This document shows, one piece after another, positions 53,663-62,202 of a stretch of 64,000 bases of DNA (its first letter is position 1; every line of letters begins with the position of its first letter). The stretch covers positions 1 to 64,000 of IMG/VR virus record IMGVR_UViG_3300036942_000180; one strand, 5' to 3'. The DNA is from a virus. The position numbers and the translations under genes were made by a program. The notes under the pieces are model-generated. The model did no database searches. It was not told where the DNA came from and worked only from the letters and a program-made list of their open reading frames with translations.

Positions 53663-56257
53663 TTAATTCTTATTAGTTCTTTCATGACCTATTTCTCTTT
53701 TTTCTTTGTTTTTAAGAGTTCTAGGTAAAGCTAATCCACCTTGAAGGAGATCAGTATTGATTCCTGCAGCAGTCATATAAGCATCTATAACGTTCAATGT
53801 TTGCTTATCTTCAATATCGCTTTCTAATTCTCCTAGATTGGCGTAGCCTTCAAGAGATATTTTTTGCTCCATTTGCATTTTTTGCTTAGAGTCATCAGAT
53901 CGTGGTCCAAGGGCTTCTTTAAGGAACTTATCTGCACCCATAGCCACTAGACTTTCCATCTCTGGCTTGGTGATCGTTTATATTCATATAGATTCGCTAA
54001 TATCTATACAGTTCTCTTATGAACTTCTATATGTTTCCATATAGACTAGACTATATCTTCACTTCTTTCGAAGTGTCTCCTGTTTCGAGTATCAATAACT
54101 TATACTCTACTCCCTTTCGAGATAGTCGTTGAACATCTTATATTTAATTCAATATTTTTTCTTCTAGTATTTTTTCTATATTTTCTTTTTCCCAATAAGG
54201 AATTCTAATTAATTTTATATTATTTTCATTACAAAAAATATTTTTTATTTCATCATTTTCTTTTTGTTTTTTAAATCTTTCTATTCCACCAAAATAATCT
54301 ATAGGTTGATAATGTTGTATTCCATCATATTCTAATAAAATAAAATCATCATCTGTTTCTATTTTAAAATCAAAAGGAAGATAGTTAATATTTTTACATT
54401 TTTCAATAACAAATTCATTTTCAAATTCTATATTTTTATCTTTCAACCAATTATGAATTATTTTTTCTCCTTTAGAAGCCTTACATTTAGGACATCTAGT
54501 TCCTTCTAAAAAATGTAATGGTCGAACTGAATATTCATATCCACATTCTTCTATATCGTGTTTCATTATTACATTAGTATTATTATTAATATATTTACTT
54601 AATAATATATAATCATTTCCTTCTAATTCATATATTTCCTGTTTAAATTCTTCAGTAGTTTTTCTTTCATTTCCAAAACACTTTGGACAACGTTGTCCAT
54701 TATCTAAAAAATTATGTGGATTCATTTTAAATTCATGTCCACAACTTTCTATATTATGTTTAATTAATATTTTATCTTTATTATCTTTACCATATTCAGT
54801 TAATGGAATATATCTATTACCAACTAATTTTTTCATTTCCCATTTAAATTGTTTATTTGATTTACCTTGTTTAAATTTTATATTATATTTTTTAATTTTA
54901 TTATAAATAGTTTTATAACTACAATTAAAATATTTACTGCATTCTTTTCTATTTAAAAATTTATCTTCTATTAATTCTTTTAGCTTTTTCCCATTATTCT
55001 TATCAATATCTTTGTAACTTCTTTCTTCATTCAATTCTTCTTCTGTTATTAAATCTAACATATTTTACCTCCGATAGTAATTTATTTCCGATTTATATAA
55101 TAAATAGGAAACGAGACTCGGATAATCTCGCTTTCGGGTATATTGCCCTATCCTATTAAATATTTGTTTTATATTAAATTAATTAATAAAATGATGCTGA
55201 TTGCCCATTGTAATATCTATAAGGATTTTTAAGCATATCACGCTTACTGATTAAGTTACGTTGTAGCTCTTATAGCTTTAGGGTGTTCCAGCAATTAAGG
55301 AGATTCTAACATGTATTTTAAATTAATACATGTCACGCTATTAAATAACGTGCAGCACGACTATCGCCAGTCACTTGATGAAACTTTTCATTGCGTTGCA
55401 TATTATCTTGGGTATAAGTATTCTTTTTCATTAATTTTCATATAGAATCGTTAATTCTATATCTGATTCAGCTATACGTTTCCATATAGATAAGACTATA
55501 TCTTCACTAATTAAAGTGCTTCCTATTTCTACTATAAACTATAGTATACTATTAGTCGTTGGATGTTCTTATTATTAAAATATAATAAGATTCACTGCTA
55601 ATTACCATTTAAGGTTTCAAGCAATTAAGGAAATTTTACTTGAGCAAAATAGTTCACTCAATACCTGTTGTAATCTTTTCAAATGTAAATCGTGTTTTTT
55701 ATATAGAATCATTAATTCTATACCATATAGCTATACGTTTCCATATAGACAAGATTATATCTTTACTAATCAATATAGCATTCTCTGTTTCTATTGGATT
55801 TCCAATATACTAATAATCGTTGGATGTTCTTATTATTAAAATATAATAAGATTCACTGCTTATTATCTAATCAAAGACTTTCAAGCAATTAAGAGAATTT
55901 TAATTGGGCTATTTACGTGATTAACCCAACTGGAACTTTAGTTCTACTTCTAATCTCATTCCCGTCTTTATCAGGGTAATAGATATATTCTTCTAGCTCT
56001 ATATCAAGTATGTCTGCCGCTTTCTTAACGCCTTCCATATCAAGTTCTTTTTCAAATGGCTCCGTCTCAAGATAGAAATTCTCACTATCATCTTCCAGAA
56101 AATCACTCAACCATTCGTCAAACTCCTTATTAGTGCTCATCTCTTCAAACTTATCCTTATATTTATCCTTATTATCACCTGAAGGGTCTAGTGTTTTCAT
56201 AACATCATATACTAGGTTTTCTATTCTTTCTCTCTTATCAGTCGAAATTCCTGCCAT
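53663..56257 (-). CDS. Second RNA polymerase beta C-terminal fragment (probably virion RNAP), 4 exons: 56257-55924, 55690-55656, 55428-55348, 53974-53663 (253 aa)
   Basis: Spliced VPVG|YLHLKRLQQVLS|KKN..QVTGDSRAAR|ITKPEMESLVAMGA parallels beta VGYMYMLKL..R..Q..GG.RFGEME..L.AYGA. Confidence 0.85.
53975..55347 (-). mobile_element. Group I intron (1373 nt) with homing endonuclease
   Basis: CACGU/GCGUG P1; P, Q, R, S. Confidence 0.9.
54144..55061 (-). CDS. Intron-encoded Zn-ribbon/Vsr-like homing endonuclease
   Basis: SKGE, LPFDF, LEYDGIQH, LIRIPYW; N-terminus nearly identical to 24529..25932. Confidence 0.88.
   Translation of the reverse strand: MLDLITEEELNEERSYKDIDKNNGKKLKELIEDKFLNRKECSKYFNCSYKTIYNKIKKYNIKFKQGKSNKQFKWEMKKLVGNRYIPLTEYGKDNKDKILIKHNIESCGHEFKMNPHNFLDNGQRCPKCFGNERKTTEEFKQEIYELEGNDYILLSKYINNNTNVIMKHDIEECGYEYSVRPLHFLEGTRCPKCKASKGEKIIHNWLKDKNIEFENEFVIEKCKNINYLPFDFKIETDDDFILLEYDGIQHYQPIDYFGGIERFKKQKENDEIKNIFCNENNIKLIRIPYWEKENIEKILEEKILN
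55429..55655 (-). ncRNA. Group I intron (ORF-less, 227 nt)
   Basis: UUGAGU/GCUCAA P1; R and S elements. Confidence 0.88.
55691..55923 (-). ncRNA. Group I intron (ORF-less, 233 nt)
   Basis: GUUGGGU/GCCCAAU P1; compensatory P7 variant (CGAUUA/UAAUC). Confidence 0.88.
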
Positions 56258-56273
56258 AATTTAGCCTCCTATC

Positions 56274-56714
56274 TTAATCTATAATTTCTTCCAATATTCC
56301 TTCGATAGTTTCCCTCTCAATGACATCTATTTCATCTATCAAGTTGTACAGCTTGAATTTATCTTCCTCTAAGTCGTAACAAATGTAATCATTATCACTG
56401 AGATCTCCTATCACTACGTAGTTCATAGAAACAAAATCATAATCTAGAAACTCATTGACATTCAACATATTTTCATAACCAAGTATCATCACATCTTTAT
56501 CTTTATATTGAAAAAGAAATGGATCCTTAGACTTTATCAACTCGGTTACTTCGTCTGGAAACCTGTTGTTGTACTTTTTCTCCAGCTTATTTATAGCTTT
56601 ATTAGTTTTCGTATCGTGTTTCTTTTTCCTTATAGCATCCAACATAGAATTATTTTTAGAAGAAAACAGCCCTTCGCTAAGAAAGACTGTTTTATTATAA
56701 TTATTTAATTTCAT
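56274..56714 (-). CDS. SMI1/KNR4 (SUKH)-like protein
   Basis: INKLEKKYNNRFP..L..., IGDLSDNDYICYD. Confidence 0.7.
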   Translation of the reverse strand: MKLNNYNKTVFLSEGLFSSKNNSMLDAIRKKKHDTKTNKAINKLEKKYNNRFPDEVTELIKSKDPFLFQYKDKDVMILGYENMLNVNEFLDYDFVSMNYVVIGDLSDNDYICYDLEEDKFKLYNLIDEIDVIERETIEGILEEIID

Positions 56715-57319
56715 TAATCATCACTCTTTTCTAACTTCTTTTCACCTTTATCTTTAATTTTCTTAGCATCTTTAACAAATTTATCATATTTTTTAGCTTT
56801 ATTTTTATAAGTCTCAGATTTTTCTCCATCAGCTTTTTTAGCCTTATCTTCCATTTTATCTCTTTTCTTTTCATAAGTAGAAACATCTTTTCCAATAGCT
56901 TTAACCATTACTTTAAGATCTGTTCCTTCCATTTTATCTACTTCTTTTTCTATTCCTTTCAAATAATCTTTTGCTCCATTATCTAAAATTTTTCCTTTAA
57001 GCGTCATGGCTTCCCCTAGTAAAGCTAAACTTCTAAACATTTCATCAAAATCATCATCTGTTTCCTCATCAATTATTTCTACATCCTCATTAGTTGATTT
57101 TTCTCCACTAACTGCGTCTTCTATCTGTTTGATGAGACCTTCTAACTGACCTTTGATGAGATTGAGATCATCTTCAGTTTCTTCATTCTCATCATCTGCT
57201 TTGGCATCCTTGATATCTTTAAGAAAAGGTTTAGCAACCTTTAAAAATTCTTCTTTGTGCTTCTTAACAGCTTTCATAGCTTCACTTTCTTCATTCAGTA
57301 TGCTTTCATCTAAAAACAT
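56714..57319 (-). CDS. Charged protein, probable internal head protein
   Basis: MFLDESILNE leader; Lys/Glu-rich helices. Confidence 0.55.
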   Translation of the reverse strand: MFLDESILNEESEAMKAVKKHKEEFLKVAKPFLKDIKDAKADDENEETEDDLNLIKGQLEGLIKQIEDAVSGEKSTNEDVEIIDEETDDDFDEMFRSLALLGEAMTLKGKILDNGAKDYLKGIEKEVDKMEGTDLKVMVKAIGKDVSTYEKKRDKMEDKAKKADGEKSETYKNKAKKYDKFVKDAKKIKDKGEKKLEKSDD

Positions 57320-57338
57320 AATTATTCACTTCTCCTTT

Positions 57339-57533
57339 TTAATTTAATATTATTAATAATCTAACTATTAGACTAAATACAATCATTATCAAAAAATAAT
57401 ATAAAGCTTTTGATTGAAATAATTTATCAGTAGCTTTTCTATTGTTAAATATATAAAAATCAATAGCAAAAGAAAACACTAAAAATACAGTCAATATTAC
57501 CAATGAAAGAAATACATTAGAAAGGAATATCAT
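57339..57533 (-). CDS. Small two-TM membrane protein
   Basis: Two hydrophobic helices. Confidence 0.6.
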   Translation of the reverse strand: MIFLSNVFLSLVILTVFLVFSFAIDFYIFNNRKATDKLFQSKALYYFLIMIVFSLIVRLLIILN

Positions 57534-57793
57534 TTTAAATCATTCTTTTCAATGTATTCTCCAAGTTCTGAATCGTCACTGATGTTAATGTCGTACTCAT
57601 CTGCTTTCTTAATGATATTCTTTGCTAATATTTCTTTATCTTTACCTTTAGCGTGATAGAAGAATTGAATTGCTTTTCTAACATGTTCTTCATCATGTAA
57701 AGGGAATTTTCTCTTCTCAGGTATTCCGAAATCGTCATCATCCAATTTTTCTCTTTCTTCTTTAGATAATTCTTCTTCATTTAAAAATAGCAT
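57530..57793 (-). CDS. Small conserved phage protein (L..D.DF..P..RK.PLHD..HVR.A family)
   Basis: Recognisable motif; MLFLNE leader. Confidence 0.7.
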   Translation of the reverse strand: MLFLNEEELSKEEREKLDDDDFGIPEKRKFPLHDEEHVRKAIQFFYHAKGKDKEILAKNIIKKADEYDINISDDSELGEYIEKNDLK

Positions 57794-58122
57794 TAATAAT
57801 CACCTTTGTTTATCTTTCTATTTTTCCATCTTAATTTACCATCAAATTCATTGATTGAATATTGATCTTCTTCGAATTCACTTTCACACCAAGTTTTAAA
57901 GTCTTCTTTATAACCATCAAATAGAGGGAATAATTCTTCATCCTCTAAATATAAAATCGTATAACCGTCACCTTCTTCTCCATCGTAACACTTAGTGCTT
58001 TCACTTAAATTTAAAAATACTCCTTCAATTATATACTGCATTGAAGATATTTGCCCACATACTTCGTTGCTAGCATGACCAGTAGTTTCATAACCATTTT
58101 CATAAAAATTTATTGTTATCAT
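57793..58122 (-). CDS. Prp-like ribosomal-processing cysteine protease
   Basis: GHA....VCxxIS catalytic His/Cys motif, 109 aa. Confidence 0.7.
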   Translation of the reverse strand: MITINFYENGYETTGHASNEVCGQISSMQYIIEGVFLNLSESTKCYDGEEGDGYTILYLEDEELFPLFDGYKEDFKTWCESEFEEDQYSINEFDGKLRWKNRKINKGDY

Positions 58123-58128
58123 CTATTA

Positions 58129-59298
58129 TCACTTTCCTGTGAAGGTCTGCTGGATTTCGAAGATAAAATACATGTAAGTCCCTCTGCGGAAGTTCGATAA
58201 AGTTGCAGCTCTGGAACTCTTAACGTATCTATCTGAATAGTTACTCAACCAATGATCTAATATTTCTTTAATTCTAATAACACTATCGTTCTTAGTATTG
58301 CTCTTGGAAAGTATCTTTTGACCTTGTAGGATGAACTTCTTTGACCCAACAGTGTCAGACTTATTACCTTCGTCCACCAAGTAAACCTGAAGTGTATTAG
58401 TTATTAATTCTTTTATTAATTCATTTTCATTTTCTATTATCTTTACTATAGCTTCATGAAGACCTTTTTCTGAAATACCAGATATATTAGCAGATATCTT
58501 AACTACCTCTCTGTTTACCCCATCGTTGATAATAGTCATTGTAGCGTTGTTGGATAGCTTAGATATCAATAGAGAATTATTTTCTATTTCTCTATAATCT
58601 TCTTCTTTAAAAGATTCATATTCTTGATTGATATAACGCCCCTCATCTGCTACGATATAATACTTGTTCGCTATATTTTTAATCACACTATTCAAGCGGT
58701 CGCGCCAATACATAAGGTAATCCTTAGCAGACTCATCATCAGCATCAACTAATAATTCAGTGTAGGTTGTCTGAAATACCTCCATCTTCTTATTGAGCAT
58801 CTTGAACAAGTTACCTTCACTTTTAATATCATATTTATTACTCATCTCACTAACCGTATACCTCATGATATTATCATTAGGCTCGTAAGGAAAAAATTTA
58901 TAATGTAATGATGAATAAAAATAAAGTGTAAGATACATTAAACATTTATAAGCTTCATCTTGTTTATTATTTACATAAAAATATCTAATAATTCCAAACA
59001 TGACCCATGGAAAAGTATTAGGAAGTAATTGCCATCTACCATCTACAAATTTATTTTTCTTAATATAATTTTCCATAGTCCTTTTATCTAAACCAGTTAA
59101 CTCGAAAGGTTTTTTAACTTGATACTCATTCTCCTTATTATTACCGAAGAAAAGTCTTTGAGTTATTAAATCAGTATATAATTTATCTGAATTAGAATCT
59201 ATATATTCAGCTACTAGATCCAACATTTCTTTTTGATTTCTCTTTGTAAAGTTTTCTTCTATAATTGGATATATCTCTTCCAAATAGTATTTGCTCAA
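58129..59298 (-). CDS. Hypothetical core phage protein
   Basis: 389 aa, first gene after late-type promoter 59370-59381. Confidence 0.75.
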   Translation of the reverse strand: MSKYYLEEIYPIIEENFTKRNQKEMLDLVAEYIDSNSDKLYTDLITQRLFFGNNKENEYQVKKPFELTGLDKRTMENYIKKNKFVDGRWQLLPNTFPWVMFGIIRYFYVNNKQDEAYKCLMYLTLYFYSSLHYKFFPYEPNDNIMRYTVSEMSNKYDIKSEGNLFKMLNKKMEVFQTTYTELLVDADDESAKDYLMYWRDRLNSVIKNIANKYYIVADEGRYINQEYESFKEEDYREIENNSLLISKLSNNATMTIINDGVNREVVKISANISGISEKGLHEAIVKIIENENELIKELITNTLQVYLVDEGNKSDTVGSKKFILQGQKILSKSNTKNDSVIRIKEILDHWLSNYSDRYVKSSRAATLSNFRRGTYMYFIFEIQQTFTGK

Positions 59299-59408
59299 CT
59301 CATTAACATCTCCTTTCTTTTATAAAAAAAAAATAGACGGGAAGATAATCCCGTCATATTTTAATGATTTATTTTATTGTTACAATTTATTTAATTAAAT
59401 AAACTATT

Positions 59409-59585
59409 TTAGTTAGTGATGGTTTTGGTGAAGTTATCACCTTTAAAATGTCCATTGAAAGAAGATATTTTTAATTTGGCTTCTTCATCACAAAGATCGC
59501 ATTCTGCAGAATGTCTATCTTCGATCTTTTTCATTTTTTCAAATTCATTACCACAATTATTACACTTATATTTATATATTGGCAT
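59409..59585 (-). CDS. FmdB-type Zn-ribbon protein (58 aa, not in track)
   Basis: MPIYKYKCNNCG..F...CDLC...FKG. Confidence 0.8.
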   Translation of the reverse strand: MPIYKYKCNNCGNEFEKMKKIEDRHSAECDLCDEEAKLKISSFNGHFKGDNFTKTITN

Positions 59586-59600
59586 TTTGATTGATTCTCC

Positions 59601-60140
59601 TTACTTATATATTTTACCTTCTCTAGTTCTAATTATTCTAATTACTTTTTGAAGAAATTGAACCATATATTTAGATAATATTACTGGCTTTCCATTAGGT
59701 TTTGTCATCCCTACTGTATTGCCTTTTCCTAAAATGTCATATTCGAACACTTGTTCTTGATATAAGAATTTTAGTATTCCTTCGACTACAGTAGAGTCTT
59801 CCTTGACCCATCCTTCTACTGCGAATATGTCGACTCCATTATGATGTTCATTGCGGAAATTGATTCTAATCTTATCATCTATTTTATATATCTCTTTCTC
59901 ATAATCCATATGAATAAGGTTCTCACCGTACTTAACCTTCCAATCCAAGTACTCTTCCAAATAAGTGATTCTCTTAGGACCAACTTGATATATGTCTTCT
60001 ATATCTTTTAGATCTTTCTTGGATATATTTTTATACCCAGCTTCTTTTAACCTTTCGGTAAGAGTTTCACCCCACTTAAGAGCATATTTAATATCTTCTA
60101 CTTTGACTCCTCTTTTTTTCAAAATATTCCTCCTTTTCAT
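59601..60140 (-). CDS. Hypothetical protein
   Basis: Possible HhH (IYQVGPKR). Confidence 0.6.
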   Translation of the reverse strand: MKRRNILKKRGVKVEDIKYALKWGETLTERLKEAGYKNISKKDLKDIEDIYQVGPKRITYLEEYLDWKVKYGENLIHMDYEKEIYKIDDKIRINFRNEHHNGVDIFAVEGWVKEDSTVVEGILKFLYQEQVFEYDILGKGNTVGMTKPNGKPVILSKYMVQFLQKVIRIIRTREGKIYK

Positions 60141-60417
60141 GCACTTCTAAAATTAGAATATCCTCTTCTCCATTTAATTCTGAGATAATTTTAAAATTAT
60201 TATTCTCGTTTAATAAAATTAACTTTTCTCCTTCTAACATATTTCTTCTCTCTTTTATCATCTTTTTTAGTTTTTCTAAACTTTTTTCTAATACATCTAA
60301 ATCTATTCCTTTTTTATAGAAAACATCTTCTATGATGCAACTATAATTGATAATTTCATAACCAGTATCTTCACTTAAAAAATTAGCTATATCTTCATAG
60401 TTATCTAACTTAACCAT
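60088..60417 (-). CDS. Hypothetical protein
   Basis: Strong SD. Confidence 0.55.
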   Translation of the reverse strand: MVKLDNYEDIANFLSEDTGYEIINYSCIIEDVFYKKGIDLDVLEKSLEKLKKMIKERRNMLEGEKLILLNENNNFKIISELNGEEDILILEVHEKEEYFEKKRSQSRRY

Positions 60418-60610
60418 CTTTATTCCTCCCCATCAATTATTTCTTTAATATTGTGATAGATGTTATCAGTAGAATCCTTAATACCTTCAAAATAAGAGTA
60501 ATCATCACTTTCATAACTCACATCATCTAATTTACTGTTCTCCTTTTTCTTTTCTAAAAATTCCAATATTTTCTCTAATTTTTCTTTATCATTCATTTAT
60601 TAAACCTCCT

Positions 60611-61270
60611 TTATTTATTTTCCATCTTATTTTCCATGAGTAATTTTTTATACTTAACTCCCACTCTTTCGTTTTCTGATTTATCAAATGTTTCTAAGAA
60701 ACCAAATATATCCAAGTATTCTCCATTTATATATCTTCTTATATGAGTTCCATCAGAATAATTAAGATTTACTTCTTCTTCAGTTTCTATCATATCGCAA
60801 TAAGGATTGTCACCATAAAGTTTATCTAAATCATGAAAATAAACTTCCCTATCTATATAATCATTAGTATTTCTTATTAACCTATTGATTGACAAACCAT
60901 GGGAGTTATATATAGCCTTTTCTAGTGAATCCCTAATGCTATCAAAAAGATCCTTCTTTTCCTCGCTCCATAGTGACTCTAAAGTTGTATAAAAACTTAC
61001 ACTAAATTCTTTTCTATATATAGTATTGATAAATTTATCATGTTCTAAAAATTTTTGAAGAGTGTATGATAAATAATCTTGGTTATCAATTAACTTATTT
61101 CTTTCTTTTTCATTCAATTTGTCTAAATAAACCATCCATTGCTCCATAAAATATTTAAAACCTTGATTCTCTTGATGCATATCAAATTCAAATATAGAAT
61201 CAATATATATTTTATAATACTTTAGAAAATTATCATCCTGATTTTCTAAATTGATTTCCATTTCTTTCAT
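60611..61270 (-). CDS. Hypothetical protein, paralog of 61455, with tag
   Basis: YKKLLMENKMENK. Confidence 0.75.
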   Translation of the reverse strand: MKEMEINLENQDDNFLKYYKIYIDSIFEFDMHQENQGFKYFMEQWMVYLDKLNEKERNKLIDNQDYLSYTLQKFLEHDKFINTIYRKEFSVSFYTTLESLWSEEKKDLFDSIRDSLEKAIYNSHGLSINRLIRNTNDYIDREVYFHDLDKLYGDNPYCDMIETEEEVNLNYSDGTHIRRYINGEYLDIFGFLETFDKSENERVGVKYKKLLMENKMENK

Positions 61271-61273
61271 AAA

Positions 61274-61453
61274 TTATTCATCTCCCTCTTCTTTTTCTAT
61301 TTCTACATTAATTATGGGTTCCGAATCTGAAACTGGGATTAGAAATAGCAACGCTAATAAGGACTTAACATCTTTTGTCAGATACAAAGCTACTAAAACA
61401 CATATGATTATTCCTATCGATATTATTATCTTGCTGGTTGAATTGTCATCCAT
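61274..61453 (-). CDS. Small membrane protein (59 aa, not in track)
   Basis: AAGGAG SD; two hydrophobic stretches. Confidence 0.55.
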   Translation of the reverse strand: MDDNSTSKIIISIGIIICVLVALYLTKDVKSLLALLFLIPVSDSEPIINVEIEKEEGDE

Positions 61454-61454
61454 G

Positions 61455-62129
61455 TTAATTCTCCTTTATTTTGTTTTCCATATTTTCTTTCTTGTAAGCA
61501 ATACCCACTCTTACCTCGTCAGATTCTTCAAACGCTTTAACTATTCCAAAGACATCGTAGTAGCTCCCATCCACCAATATCTTTTTGTAACTTTCATCCC
61601 TCCAACCCAAATTGACTATCTCCTCTTCATAATCACCTTCGTAGAAAGGATTTTTAACTATATATTGATAGTCGTAATAAGTTTCTTTTCCATTAAAATA
61701 TACTTGAGTGTTCCTAGCTATTCTTTTAGTAGCTGATAAGTGCATATTATAAAGCGACTTCTCCATATTATTTCTAATGACTTTTAATAGTTCCATCCTA
61801 TTATTTATTAATGATTCCATTTCTTCAGGGTAACTTTCATTATACCAACCTAAGCCATATCTTATCATTGATATAAACTCCCTATTCTCCATGATCTTCG
61901 ACATAGCCCAACTTAAGTAATCTGGATTATTTAATAATTTTTTTACTTGCTCATCAGTAATTCTATTTAAATATGCAATCATATGAGTAAGAAAATAGTC
62001 TGTTGCTTTATTATGTCTATTTCTATTGTCAATACACATTGCATCTATATATGCTTTAAATGATTTTAAGAAAGCATCATTAGAATTTAATTTAAACTCC
62101 ATTTCTTTTCTTTTTCTTTTACTAGGCAT
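61455..62129 (-). CDS. Hypothetical protein with tag at both termini
   Basis: RKRKEMEFKL at N-terminus; YKKENMENKI at C-terminus. Confidence 0.75.
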   Translation of the reverse strand: MPSKRKRKEMEFKLNSNDAFLKSFKAYIDAMCIDNRNRHNKATDYFLTHMIAYLNRITDEQVKKLLNNPDYLSWAMSKIMENREFISMIRYGLGWYNESYPEEMESLINNRMELLKVIRNNMEKSLYNMHLSATKRIARNTQVYFNGKETYYDYQYIVKNPFYEGDYEEEIVNLGWRDESYKKILVDGSYYDVFGIVKAFEESDEVRVGIAYKKENMENKIKEN

Positions 62130-62202
62130 TATAAATTCCTCCTTAATATTCTAAAAAATTAAAAGAGATACTAGGAATTAACCCAGTATCTCAATAATTT
62201 GC

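Noticed and set aside
1193-61736. Plus-strand ORFs in the track other than 13333..13758 (e.g. 1299, 4631, 15176, 28183, 45659, 59416, 61251)
   Set aside because: Antisense shadows of real minus-strand genes; Ser/Phe/Ile-rich, no SD sites
5106-62129. Explaining the KKxxMExKL tag as a by-product of overlapping Shine-Dalgarno sites
   Set aside because: SD overlap explains only trailing GG/EE/EG residues; the core motif is upstream and also occurs at N-termini and internally
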